Position numbers and translations under genes: made by a program. From Natronobacillus azotifigens (GTDB lineage: Bacteria > Bacillota > Bacilli > Bacillales > Amphibacillaceae): 32,000 nucleotides of DNA. Where the stretch lies: assembly GCF_026805325.1 (NCBI RefSeq), contig NZ_JAPRAT010000028.1, positions 2,249-34,248 of the forward strand, written 5' to 3'. Of the stretch, positions 9,895 to 18,722 are shown in pieces (the first letter of the stretch is position 1; each line of letters starts with the position of its first letter). Below the pieces are notes generated by a model that was given only the letters and a program-made list of their open reading frames with translations, searched no databases and was not told the origin of the DNA.

Positions 9895-11079
9895 CTAAGA
9901 TGCATCGGAGGAGTCAAATGTTGGATCACAAGCAAAAATAATACCTAATTCATGATGATCTCCTTGATAAAGCGCTCGTTGTGCAAAACGTAGTTCACCA
10001 CGCTCATCAATAATATCCAATTTACAAAATGCACTATTCATTTGTAATGCTTGATAAAATTCGGATTGTTCTTCTATTTTTTCTCCGTTCACTTTGACAA
10101 TCGTTTCTCCAATTAGTAACCCAAGATCTTCAGCTGGTGAACCAGGTATAATAGCCAATATTTTTAGACCTTGAGAATTTGGACTGAACAAAATTCCTCT
10201 CGCTTGATCTTTTAGCTTCCATCGATAAGATAACCATTCCCTACCAATTAAAGCGACTACTACACTAACTATTGTAAATACACCCATGAAATAGCCGGAT
10301 ATAGAAAAGCCAATCACCAAAAACCCTAGTATGAATAAGGACTGACTAAAAGCCTTAGCTGCTTTAACAGGTAAAGATCCTCGAATTACGTGTTCAAACC
10401 CAATAATAATTGGGAAGAACAATATTCCATATGTATTCTCACCAAACTCGATAACTGGCCACCATTCAGCAAAAGGAGTGATTAATCCAGCAGGAATAAG
10501 CGTTCCAAATGGAAGAAGAGCAATCTTTTTGATTCGATGCTGACCAACCCACTTCCCGCGCTTACTTTTCATTATTTCAGGAAAAGTTTGATCTTGTCCT
10601 ACTTTTAATAAAATAACAGCTTCAAATAGCAAAAGAAGCCCCATTAATGTGGTAAAGGCAACCCATTGATAAACCGTAATATCTGATTGTAGTAGCTCTG
10701 GTAAATAATCACGATAATATGGGAAGAACAACAATGCAATGGTGGTAAAACCAAATGTATATGCACTAGAAAGCCATGTGAATTTTTTATGAATAGAAAA
10801 TAATATCGTAAATAAAATAAGTCCTATAATCATGAGATTATGCAACACAACACCTAATAATAATGAAACAGCTATCAATCCCAGTCCAAATAGTAGAGAT
10901 AACAAACGTGTTCCATAGACTTCATCATATAAATCATAGATTTTGCTACCGAATTTTTTTCTTTCTTGCTTTATTCGACTAGTTGATGCAAAAAAAGTAA
11001 TGATAATAAACCAATAGAACAACGGATTTAGGAAAAACCTTCCTATTCCTTTTGCTAATTCAATTAGCCAATCTTCCAT
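9895..11079 (-). CDS. minJ: polytopic membrane protein with C-terminal PDZ domain, MinJ-like
   Basis: The track ORF is 9895..11106. I start it at ATG 11079, which has the SD GGAGGAG 7 nt upstream and gives MEDWLIELAKGIGRFFLNPLFYW. The protein has multiple TM segments and a PDZ-like region (ILAIIPGSPAEDLGLLIGETIVKVNGEKI). The minJ call rests on this architecture and on its position next to the ctpB-like gene, as in B. subtilis. Confidence 0.7.
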   Translation of the reverse strand: MEDWLIELAKGIGRFFLNPLFYWFIIITFFASTSRIKQERKKFGSKIYDLYDEVYGTRLLSLLFGLGLIAVSLLLGVVLHNLMIIGLILFTILFSIHKKFTWLSSAYTFGFTTIALLFFPYYRDYLPELLQSDITVYQWVAFTTLMGLLLLFEAVILLKVGQDQTFPEIMKSKRGKWVGQHRIKKIALLPFGTLIPAGLITPFAEWWPVIEFGENTYGILFFPIIIGFEHVIRGSLPVKAAKAFSQSLFILGFLVIGFSISGYFMGVFTIVSVVVALIGREWLSYRWKLKDQARGILFSPNSQGLKILAIIPGSPAEDLGLLIGETIVKVNGEKIEEQSEFYQALQMNSAFCKLDIIDERGELRFAQRALYQGDHHELGIIFACDPTFDSSDAS

Positions 11080-11216
11080 CTGTAAACTCCTCCAAACGCG
11101 ATTCAATTACCTATCCTGTAAAACAGGAGGGTTTATCGCAACTTAATTAAAAATAGTGCTATCTCCTATATTCTATTTATTTTTTTCTAATTCCTGCATA
11201 GTAAAGCTATTTAAGC

Positions 11217-11254
11217 AAAAATAATCCGCCCTTAAGCATGGGCGGATTATTTTT
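11217..11254 (-). terminator. rho-independent terminator after the ctpB-like gene
   Basis: An 11-bp stem ATAATCCGCCC (11221-11231) / GGGCGGATTAT (11240-11250) has an 8-nt loop. AAAA and TTTT flank it, so a U tract is available on the minus strand. Confidence 0.8.
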
Positions 11255-11319
11255 CATCCTGATATAACTAACCATCATAGGCACAGACAAAACCCTTAAT
11301 GATTGAAGTTCTATCTTAT
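11255..11319 (+). repeat. intergenic repeat, copy C (degenerate hairpin-1 module)
   Basis: The sequence TCATCCTGATATAACTAACCATCATAGGCACAGACAAAACCCTTAATGATTGAAGTTCTATCTTAT aligns with the last ~65 nt of copies A and F. The GATTGAAGTT core is intact, but hairpin pairing is only partly retained. Its terminal TTA (11316-11318) is the ctpB stop codon on the other strand. Confidence 0.6.
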
Positions 11320-12803
11320 TGAAAAAGTACTTCAAATGCTTTTTCACGTTGCAGATCGTTCTCTCCACTTCTTATCTGTTCTATCAAGTTCACTTGAAGC
11401 AATTCAGCTGTTTGGCTATTTAATTCGCCCGATTCTTCAATTGATTGATCTGATTGGAATTGGATCAGAGCATCTTCTGTTTGTTGACTAAAATACCCAT
11501 CGGTTCGGTCAACTTGATATCCCAGTCCTCGGAGCATAATTTGAGCGAAGCCAATATTGTCATCACTATCATTATAGACAAACGCATCTTCTTCTACTTG
11601 GATCGGAGCTACATAATAATACTCTGGTTGTTCAACCTCAATGGTTGGCTCTACACCAACACGATGTATCGATGTGCCTTCAGGCGATAACCAATTAAAC
11701 AAGGTTAATTTGATTGAACTGCCATCTCCCATTGGAATTGTCTGTTGAACAGTTCCCTTTCCAAAACTTGTCGTACCAACAATTGTTGCGTCTATTGCTT
11801 CACGTAATGAGATCGCTAAAATTTCTGAAGCAGATGCGCTGCCTTCATCAATTAAAACACTAATAGGATAATCTTTTGGTTCTTCAAGAGTAGAGTAGTA
11901 ACGCTCCACCTCACCTTGACCATCTTCAATTTGCATGTATGGCTGATCTTTGGTTATAAAGATTTGTAAGATATCTTGAATCACTGGCAATAACCCACCA
12001 GGATTACCTCGAACATCAATCACTAAGCCGTCAATACCTTCATCTTCTAATGTCGCTAAATCTTCTTTAAAACGCGCACCAGTATTTTCAGAAAAAGAAG
12101 TTATTTGAATAAACCCTACATGATCTCCATTGACTTCTTGACTTTCTGTATAAACAGTCTCAAGAGGAATCGTATCACGTACCAACGTTATCGTTATCTC
12201 GTTGGACACCCCAGGGCGAATAATTTCGAGGGTAACTTCTGATCCCTTTTCTCCACGAATTTTTGATACAGCTTCAAACAGATCTAACCCTTCGACACTT
12301 TCGTCATCTACAGTTAAAATTTGATCATTTGGTCGCAAACCTGCTTTTTCAGCCGGAGAATCTTTAATTGGTGCAACAATGGTCACACGACCATCTACCA
12401 TGCTTACCTCTGCACCTATCCCCTCAAATGAGGATTCAATTTGTTCATTAAATCGCTCCATTGATTCCGAATCCATGTATTCACTATACGGATCATCTAA
12501 TGTATTAAGCATGCCACGCACAGCACCCTCAATCAGATCATCATCTTCGACTGATTCTAGAAAGTATTCTTGTATAATTTGAAACGCTTGAACAACCTTT
12601 GGCAATGCTACAGAATCACTGATACTTTCAATGATTTCTTGATATTCAGCTTCTGATAGAGTGGTTGTGCCATCTGATTCTTCGGTCAAATCATACATAG
12701 GCGAATCCTCTGTAAAGAACATTGTACCAAAGTATGTACCTATCCCCCCTAGGAAAACAGCTAAAATAATCATGGTTACGAAAAGACTTTTCTTTATTTG
12801 CAC
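11316..12803 (-). CDS. ctpB: S41 carboxy-terminal processing protease with PDZ and C-terminal peptidoglycan-binding domains
   Basis: Features, in order:
- signal-anchor sequence
- PDZ domain (GIGAEVSMVDGRVTIVAPIKDSPAEKAGLRPNDQILTVDDESVEG)
- S41 core (DVRGNPGGLL, GSASASEILA, FGKGTVQ)
- C-terminal PG-binding-like repeat (TEDALIQFQSDQSIEESGELNSQTAELL)
The track start is GTG 12812. GTG 12803 has a better SD (GAGGTGA, 5-nt spacer). The symbol is assigned from synteny with B. subtilis ctpB (yvjB). Confidence 0.85.
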   Translation of the reverse strand: MQIKKSLFVTMIILAVFLGGIGTYFGTMFFTEDSPMYDLTEESDGTTTLSEAEYQEIIESISDSVALPKVVQAFQIIQEYFLESVEDDDLIEGAVRGMLNTLDDPYSEYMDSESMERFNEQIESSFEGIGAEVSMVDGRVTIVAPIKDSPAEKAGLRPNDQILTVDDESVEGLDLFEAVSKIRGEKGSEVTLEIIRPGVSNEITITLVRDTIPLETVYTESQEVNGDHVGFIQITSFSENTGARFKEDLATLEDEGIDGLVIDVRGNPGGLLPVIQDILQIFITKDQPYMQIEDGQGEVERYYSTLEEPKDYPISVLIDEGSASASEILAISLREAIDATIVGTTSFGKGTVQQTIPMGDGSSIKLTLFNWLSPEGTSIHRVGVEPTIEVEQPEYYYVAPIQVEEDAFVYNDSDDNIGFAQIMLRGLGYQVDRTDGYFSQQTEDALIQFQSDQSIEESGELNSQTAELLQVNLIEQIRSGENDLQREKAFEVLFQ

Positions 12804-12856
12804 AATATTCACCTCAATAATTTGTCCTATTCTTCTAGTGTATCATATTTATGTGG

Positions 12857-12895
12857 AAAAAAGGCATCACAACGTAGCGTGCGATGCCCTAAAAA
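12857..12895 (-). terminator. rho-independent terminator after the M23 peptidase gene
   Basis: On the minus strand GGCATCGCA...TGTGATGCC forms a 9-bp stem with one mismatch, followed by TTTTTTCC. Confidence 0.7.
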
Positions 12896-12927
12896 GAATA
12901 TATGCTTCTAGTTTCTTTCATAGTCTT

Positions 12928-14349
12928 TTATGGTGATAAATAATTGAGTGGGTTTAATGAACTATCTCTACCTCTCCAGTGCCCAGTATGAACTTCAAAA
13001 TGAAGATGTTGTCCAGTGGAATTACCTGTATTGCCCATTGTCGCAATTTTTTGTCCTCGTTGAACCTGATCCCCTGCTCGTACTAGAGTAGTTCCACTGC
13101 GCAAATGAGCATATAAGGTGGAGATTTGTTGCCTATTTCCATCACCATTAAGATCTATATAGTGTGTTATCAAAATCGTATCACCATAACCTCTCATCAG
13201 TCCATCATTTTCCGTATAAGTTGCTTGTACAATTCCAGCTTCAGCGGCATAAATTTCTTGATATCCAATTTGAGCAATATCTATCCCAGTGTGAAATCTA
13301 TATGGTTCACCAGTAATTGGATGAGTACGATAACCATATGGTGAAGTTACCCTTCTTGTTGAAGCAGGCCAAAACAAGACAGCATTATTTGAAGCTTGAT
13401 CGTTTTGTGGCTCTTGTGCTAATTGGGCTAATCTCTGTTTTTCTTCCTCTTCTTTACGTGCCAACTCAATCGCTTTTTCGAGGGCTGCGACGGAACTGCG
13501 TTGAACTTCTTGTAGGTCTGCCAAAGTTATTTGATATTCTTCTAACTCATCATATTCATCTTCTAATGTAGCCATTAAATTTGTACGGTCATCGATTTGC
13601 TCATTTAACTGGGCTTGTAAGTTAGCTAATTCTTGCTGTTGAGCAACCAATGTGGCTCTTTGGTTTTCTAATTCATTCTTGTCATTATCTAACCGTTCTT
13701 TATCAGCAGTTAATTGATCTTGTTTTTCTTCAACCAGTGCTACGCTTTCTTCTAAACTTAACTTATCCGCCTGCTGCCTCTCGATGATAGTATTATCTTG
13801 ATCAATAATACGTGTTACAGCAGTTACTCTATTAATAAAATCACCGAAGCTTTGTGCGCCCATTAACACTTGTAAGTATGTTACATCTCCACCATTGTGT
13901 TGAATAGAGCGCATCCGATTTTTTATTAACTCTTCACGGTCGGCAATTCTTGCCATTAAAATATCAATCTCGTCATTAAGATCTATAATCTCGATTTCAG
14001 TTTGTTCAATTTCTATTTCTGTTTCTTTAATAGACGTCTCGATCGTTTTTATTTGCTCATTTGTTTTCGTTATATCATTTTGCTTGTTGGCAAGATTTGC
14101 TTCCGTTACATCTAATTCAGCGTTGATGTCATCGATCTCTTGACTAACTTCTGCTTGCTTTGCTTCATTTTCAGCAAGTTTTTGTTCTGCATCACTGGAG
14201 TCTTGATCAATACTATTACGTTCTTCTTCTAATTCTTTCAATTCTCTTTCTAGATCAGCAATACTCTGTGCAGTTGTCGTATTTCCTGAAGGCAAAACAA
14301 AACTAACTAGTAATGTTACAATAAATAGATAAGCAAACCATTTCTTCAT
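12928..14349 (-). CDS. secreted coiled-coil M23 (LytM-domain) peptidoglycan endopeptidase
   Basis: I start it at ATG 14349, which has the SD AGGAGGA and gives the signal peptide MKKWFAYLFIVTLLVSFVLPSG. About 300 aa of heptad-rich coiled coil follow. The C-terminal M23 domain keeps both metal-binding motifs intact, HTGIDIA (HxxxD) and HLHFEVH (HxH). It lies immediately downstream of ftsEX. Confidence 0.88.
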   Translation of the reverse strand: MKKWFAYLFIVTLLVSFVLPSGNTTTAQSIADLERELKELEEERNSIDQDSSDAEQKLAENEAKQAEVSQEIDDINAELDVTEANLANKQNDITKTNEQIKTIETSIKETEIEIEQTEIEIIDLNDEIDILMARIADREELIKNRMRSIQHNGGDVTYLQVLMGAQSFGDFINRVTAVTRIIDQDNTIIERQQADKLSLEESVALVEEKQDQLTADKERLDNDKNELENQRATLVAQQQELANLQAQLNEQIDDRTNLMATLEDEYDELEEYQITLADLQEVQRSSVAALEKAIELARKEEEEKQRLAQLAQEPQNDQASNNAVLFWPASTRRVTSPYGYRTHPITGEPYRFHTGIDIAQIGYQEIYAAEAGIVQATYTENDGLMRGYGDTILITHYIDLNGDGNRQQISTLYAHLRSGTTLVRAGDQVQRGQKIATMGNTGNSTGQHLHFEVHTGHWRGRDSSLNPLNYLSP

Positions 14350-14432
14350 GCCAGAAATCCTCCTTTTTCTTTTCAAATCTCCCACTATATCAAACTATTA
14401 ATTTATGTAGGTATAGCCTCTTGAAATAGAGG

Positions 14433-15317
14433 CTACACTTTAAGGAATTTACGAACACTCATTACACTTCCCCAAACGCCTATACATGCGCCAATGGCAA
14501 GAACAAGAAATGATAATTGCCATACAAATGGGTTAAATGGAAGTATCTCAATAAAACTAAACTGATTAACTGATTCAATGTTTTGATCTAGAAAGTAATA
14601 ACCGCTTATTAGTAAGGCGATAGGTAAAATACTACCAAGTACGCCTAATAGAAGTCCTTCAACAAAGAACGGCCAACGTATAAACCAATTTGTTGCGCCA
14701 ACAAGTTTCATTATTTCGATTTCTTTTCTTCTAGCCATAATCGTTATTTTAATCGTATTTGAGATTAAGAAAATAGCCGTAAAGACAAGCGCTAAAATAA
14801 GTACCAGACCAATGTTTCGAGCATATTGGTTAAAACGGAACAAATTCTGCACAACATCTTGTCCATAGTTAACGCGTTCAACTTGATTGAAATCAGCTAT
14901 TTCTTCTGCTATTTCAATCGTATCGTGCGGATCCGTTGCACGCACAATAAATGCATCATTCAGAGGATTATCATCCTCATAAGCACCCCAAATATCGCCC
15001 ATACTAGAAACTAAAGCTTGTAATTCTTCATCTCTGGATGAAAAAACTACTGATTCCACATTATCAATTTCTGCTAGATTCTCTCCGAGTTCAATCGTTT
15101 CCTCTTCCGTCGCAGTCAAATCTACTAGAACCTTTACTTCTACATCTTCTTCTAAGTTACTAGCCACATGATTTAAATTCATCATTAAAGCTAAAAATGT
15201 GGCCACTAAAATTAATGTTGTCGTAACTGCACCTACTGAAGCAATGGTCATCCAACTGTTTCTCCAACTATTCTTCAATCCTTCACGGAAATGTCGTTTC
15301 ACTGTTCTAAGTTTCAT
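14433..15317 (-). CDS. ftsX: cell-division ABC transporter permease-like protein FtsX
   Basis: I start it at ATG 15317 (MKLRTVKRHFREGLKNSWRNSWMTIASV), with the SD GAGGTGA 8 nt upstream. The start overlaps the ftsE 3' end by 11 nt. The topology is TM1, a large extracellular domain, then three TMs, which is the FtsX type. A stem-loop (TAGCCTCT/AGAGGCTA, 14414-14435) overlaps the stop but has no U tract. Confidence 0.9.
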   Translation of the reverse strand: MKLRTVKRHFREGLKNSWRNSWMTIASVGAVTTTLILVATFLALMMNLNHVASNLEEDVEVKVLVDLTATEEETIELGENLAEIDNVESVVFSSRDEELQALVSSMGDIWGAYEDDNPLNDAFIVRATDPHDTIEIAEEIADFNQVERVNYGQDVVQNLFRFNQYARNIGLVLILALVFTAIFLISNTIKITIMARRKEIEIMKLVGATNWFIRWPFFVEGLLLGVLGSILPIALLISGYYFLDQNIESVNQFSFIEILPFNPFVWQLSFLVLAIGACIGVWGSVMSVRKFLKV

Positions 15318-15993
15318 AGCCATAATCACCTCTATGTTGGTCACGCACAATTAATCCACCTTCAATGGCAATTACACGTCTTTTTATCGTGTTGACAATC
15401 TCTTTACTGTGAGTGGCCATTATAATCGTTGTACCCGCAGCATTGATTTCTTCTAATAGCTTCATAATCTCCCACGATGTATCCGGATCTAAGTTTCCTG
15501 TTGGCTCATCCGCAATTAATAGTTTTGGATAGTTAGCAATCGCACGAGCAATGGATACTCGTTGTTGTTCTCCACCGGAAAGTTCGTCTGGTATAAATCT
15601 CGCCTTGTTTTTTAAACCAACCTGATCTAATACTTCCATTACTCTTTTTCTAATATTACGTGGGGTCTCTTCGACAACTTCTAATGCAAAAGCAACATTT
15701 TCATAGACAGTCATCTTCGGTAGGAGTTTAAAGTCTTGGTATACAACCCCAATATCACGACGTAAGAGCGGGACCTCTTTCCATTTCATTTTTAATAGAT
15801 CAAAATTATCAACTTTAATTGAACCACTAGACGCTATTTCTTCACGAAAAATTAGTTTAATAAAAGTAGATTTTCCTGCGCCACTCTGACCTACAAGATA
15901 AACAAATTCACCAGCATCTATCGAAATATCTACACCATTAAGGGCTGAAACGCCATTAGGATATGTTTTTTTCACATCTTTCATTTCTATCAT
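15307..15993 (-). CDS. ftsE: cell-division ATP-binding protein FtsE
   Basis: The 228-aa ORF opens MIEMKDVKKTYPNGVSALNGV. It has Walker A GQSGAGKST, the signature LSGGEQQRVSIARA, and Walker B LLIADEPTGNLD. It is near-collinear with B. subtilis FtsE as I recall it. Confidence 0.95.
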   Translation of the reverse strand: MIEMKDVKKTYPNGVSALNGVDISIDAGEFVYLVGQSGAGKSTFIKLIFREEIASSGSIKVDNFDLLKMKWKEVPLLRRDIGVVYQDFKLLPKMTVYENVAFALEVVEETPRNIRKRVMEVLDQVGLKNKARFIPDELSGGEQQRVSIARAIANYPKLLIADEPTGNLDPDTSWEIMKLLEEINAAGTTIIMATHSKEIVNTIKRRVIAIEGGLIVRDQHRGDYGYET

Positions 15994-16066
15994 AATATAT
16001 ACTCACCTTTACGATTAGATTTATTGACACAAACTGTAATATTCTGTCGCATCATGAATCTATTTT

Positions 16067-16075
16067 ATTATAACA
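16067..16075 (-). promoter_or_regulatory. candidate extended -10 promoter for ftsEX
   Basis: The minus strand reads TGTTATAAT, about 70 nt upstream of the ftsE ATG. There is no convincing -35. Confidence 0.3.
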
Positions 16076-16183
16076 TCTAACCATGGTTTTTTTTCATTAC
16101 AATTTCATTTCAAAACGTGACATAATCTTCATAGGTAATTTCAAACATGGGTAGCAAGGAAAGGTTATGCTTTTCAGACATAT

Positions 16184-17050
16184 TTAGCCTTTTGTAAACC
16201 CTTCACCTAGCACTTCACTGGCGTTCATCACAACAATAAACGCATTTGGATCAGCATGCTTAACTACTTGTGTAGTTCTACTAAACTCTCTTTGATTCAC
16301 AACACACATGATCATTTTTCGTTTTTGGGCTGTGTAGCCTCCTTCTGCATTCCAAACCGTTACTCCACGATCAATTTCTTGAAGTAAAACTTGCCTTACT
16401 TCTTCAACATAATCCGTAATAATCATAATACTTTTGGAAGTATTAAAACCAACTTGAACAAAATCAATCGTTCTACTTGTTACAAATAACCCGATCATCG
16501 CATACAATCCTTGTTCTACAGAGAAAACAAAAGTCGCTGTCAAAACAATTAAGCCATCAAACAAAGCAACACATATACCAAGTGGTAACGGAAGATATTT
16601 GTGGACAATTTGTGCTGCCAAATCGATGCCGCCCGTTGATCCTTTTCCTCGAAAAACGATGCCAATCCCTAATCCAGCACTCATACCACCAAATATTGCT
16701 CCAAGCAACGGATCTGGAGTTGCTGGTGACCAGTCACTCGTAAAATACACGAAAAGAGGAACCATAATCGTACCGACAAGAGTTTTCACCCCGAATTTCT
16801 TCCCTAAAATGGCGATTCCGATAAAAAACAATGGGATATTAATTGCCCATTGTACAATGGAAGGCTGCCATCCAAATATGGAATTTGTTATTGTACTTAT
16901 CCCTGCTACGCCTCCAGAAGCAACATTATTCGGTAATAAAAACAAATTAAATGCAATAGCTACAAAAAAACAACCCAGTAAAACGAAACTATATTCTATA
17001 AAATAAACCAAAGACTTGGGCATTGGTTCACGACGATATTTTGCTATCAT
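16184..17050 (-). CDS. YitT-family membrane protein (DUF2179 C-terminal domain), YvjA-like by position
   Basis: The 288-aa ORF has the SD AGAGGTGA 6 nt upstream. It has five or six TM helices, the GGVAGISTI motif typical of YitT/YvjA proteins, and a soluble C-terminal domain. Confidence 0.8.
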   Translation of the reverse strand: MIAKYRREPMPKSLVYFIEYSFVLLGCFFVAIAFNLFLLPNNVASGGVAGISTITNSIFGWQPSIVQWAINIPLFFIGIAILGKKFGVKTLVGTIMVPLFVYFTSDWSPATPDPLLGAIFGGMSAGLGIGIVFRGKGSTGGIDLAAQIVHKYLPLPLGICVALFDGLIVLTATFVFSVEQGLYAMIGLFVTSRTIDFVQVGFNTSKSIMIITDYVEEVRQVLLQEIDRGVTVWNAEGGYTAQKRKMIMCVVNQREFSRTTQVVKHADPNAFIVVMNASEVLGEGFTKG

Positions 17051-17147
17051 TTTTAGTCACCTCTAATTACTTTTTTTAACCTTCTGGAGTATATCATTTT
17101 TCTACAATATCTAACAACCTGTTCACAGAAATAATTCGACAATTAAT

Positions 17148-17314
17148 TAAAACTTCAATCAATAGAGGGCAGGATCTTTTCCGCTGATAATTAGCCCTAA
17201 AGGATGATCTAAAGATTCTTGAAGCTGTTAGGAACTTCCTTCTGATACTCCCATTGAACTAGCTTTTATATTTTTGTTTTTTAGGTAGGAGTCTTACAAA
17301 CTGTTGCTCTGAGA
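17148..17314 (-). repeat. intergenic repeat, copy D (full-length but strongly diverged)
   Basis: The plus strand reads TAAAACTTCAATCAATAGAGGG...CCGCTGATAATTAGCCCTAAAGGATGATCTAAAG...ACTCCCATTGAAC...GGTAGGAGTCTTACAAACTGTTGCTCTGAGA. This is collinear with copy F, with conserved blocks CTTCAATCA, TTAGCCCTAAAGGATGA, ACTCCCA and GGAGTCTTAC..GTTGCTC. Both stems are largely eroded, and the boundaries are approximate. Confidence 0.65.
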
Positions 17315-17470
17315 CTAGTTCATAAATTAGTAGTGATCTCGGGGCTTTTGGTTCTGTTATGGTAATAGAGAATTTGAAGTTCGTAATATAGGAATTTGCG
17401 TGCATTCTTCGCGATTTACAGGCGGCTTTTCGAATTTAGATGCTACTTTTCGAACCCACTTGCGATCATC

Positions 17471-17518
17471 AAAATAAAAAAGCATTTCGCTGTTCAAATC
17501 AAACAACAAAATGCTTTT
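17471..17518 (-). terminator. rho-independent terminator after prfB
   Basis: The minus strand reads AAAGCATTTTGTTG..(loop)..CAGCGAAATGCTTTTTTATTTT. This is an ~11-bp stem including G.U pairs, followed by a strong U tract. It starts 7 nt after the prfB stop. Confidence 0.65.
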
Positions 17519-17524
17519 AAAACT

Positions 17525-18626
17525 TTAATTCATTTGTTCACGTAAGTATGCATTGATGAAAGGATCTAAATCCCCATCCAGTACAGATTGTGTATTGCCT
17601 GTTTCTACATTTGTACGATGATCTTTTACCATAGAATAAGGGTGGAAAACGTAAGAACGAATCTGACTTCCCCAACCAATTTCTTTTTGTTCACCACGAA
17701 TTTCACTAATCTCTGCTTGTTGCTTCTCAATCTCCAATTGATAAAGCTTAGCTTTTAACATCTTCATTGCTTGTTCTCGGTTTTTGATTTGCGAACGCTC
17801 AGACTGGCAGGTTACAACCGTGTTCGTAGGTACATGAGTAATTCGAACAGCTGAATCAGTCGTGTTTACATGCTGACCACCCGCACCACTAGCACGATAC
17901 GTGTCAATTTTTAGATCTTCTGTATTAACCTCGATATCGATGTCATCGTCTAATTCGGGCATGACTTCACACGAAGCAAAAGAAGTGTGTCTTCTTCCGG
18001 ATGAATCAAATGGAGAGATTCGAACAAGACGGTGAACTCCTTTTTCAGCTTTTAAATAACCATAAGCATTATGCCCTGTAATCAATAGTGTAACACTTTT
18101 CACACCTGCTTCTTCCCCTGGTAAATAATCAAGTGTTTCCACTTTAAAATTCTTTCGTTCTGCCCAACGTGTATACATTCGAAGCAGCATACTAGCCCAG
18201 TCTTGTGATTCGGTTCCCCCTGCACCTGGATGAAGCTCCAATATTGCGTTACTCTTATCATAAGGTTCACTAAGAAGAATAAATAATTCGAACTCATTCA
18301 AAGCTTTTGTTAAAGGAATTAATTCATCTTCTAACTCTTGTCTAAGATCCTCATCCGCTTCTTCCTTGACCAACTCATAAGAAACTTCCAGATTTTCAAG
18401 ACTCTCCACATGCTTATCAAAAGTTTGGACTAGTTCTTTAAGGGCATTAGCCTCGTTTATAACCTTCTGTGCCGCTTGTTGATCATTCCAGAATTCAGGG
18501 TCACTCATTTCCGCTTCTAATTCAGCGATACGCGTTCGCTTTTCTTCTAAGTCAAAGAGACCCCCTAAAGTCTGTTAATTTTGTTGCCATTTTCTCAAGT
18601 TCTTGCTTTATTTCTGCTAATTCCAA
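17525..18626 (-). CDS. prfB: peptide chain release factor 2 (RF2), expressed via programmed +1 frameshift
   Basis: The track ORF 17525..18508 carries the RF2-specific SPF (RISPFDS) and GGQ (SGAGGQHVN) motifs.
ORF0 starts at TTG 18626 with the SD GAGGTGAAG. It reads [24 protein letters not shown] and then hits the in-frame TGA at 18554-18552.
A shift to +1 at CTT TGA C joins it to [21 protein letters not shown].... Confidence 0.93.
18551..18566 (-). promoter_or_regulatory. prfB +1 frameshift (recoding) site
   Basis: The minus strand reads AGG GGG TCT CTT TGA C. This is an internal SD-like AGGGGG three nt upstream of the slippery CTT, followed by the TGA C stop. It is the textbook RF2 autoregulatory signal. 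Confidence 0.92.
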
Positions 18627-18682
18627 TTTCTTCACCTCGATAATAGTATTTAACCCTAACAAAATTAAACTCGAATATATAG

Positions 18683-18712
18683 AGGACACTCTCTAGCGAA
18701 AGAGAGTGTCCT
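18683..18712 (-). terminator. stem-loop between secA and prfB
   Basis: A perfect 12-bp stem AGGACACTCTCT / AGAGAGTGTCCT has a 6-nt loop and sits 10 nt after the secA stop. The downstream minus-strand sequence CTATATATTCGAGTTTAATTTT is only moderately U-rich. Confidence 0.6.
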
Positions 18713-18722
18713 TGTTCAATGA

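Noticed and set aside
14414-14435. The hairpin TAGCCTCT/AGAGGCTA at the ftsX stop, as a terminator
   Set aside because: It is only 8 bp, with no U tract on the minus strand. The M23 peptidase gene follows 48 nt later and is probably co-transcribed.
16599-17006. Long antisense ORFs in the track: 16599..17006 (+), 18719..19171 (+), 22910..23266 (+), 30934..31290 (+), 8359..8586 (+), and similar shorter ones
   Set aside because: Each lies entirely opposite a well-supported conserved gene (the YitT gene, secA, xylB, fliD/flaG, floT). None has an SD, and their translations are low-complexity or odd in composition. They are typical shadow ORFs.
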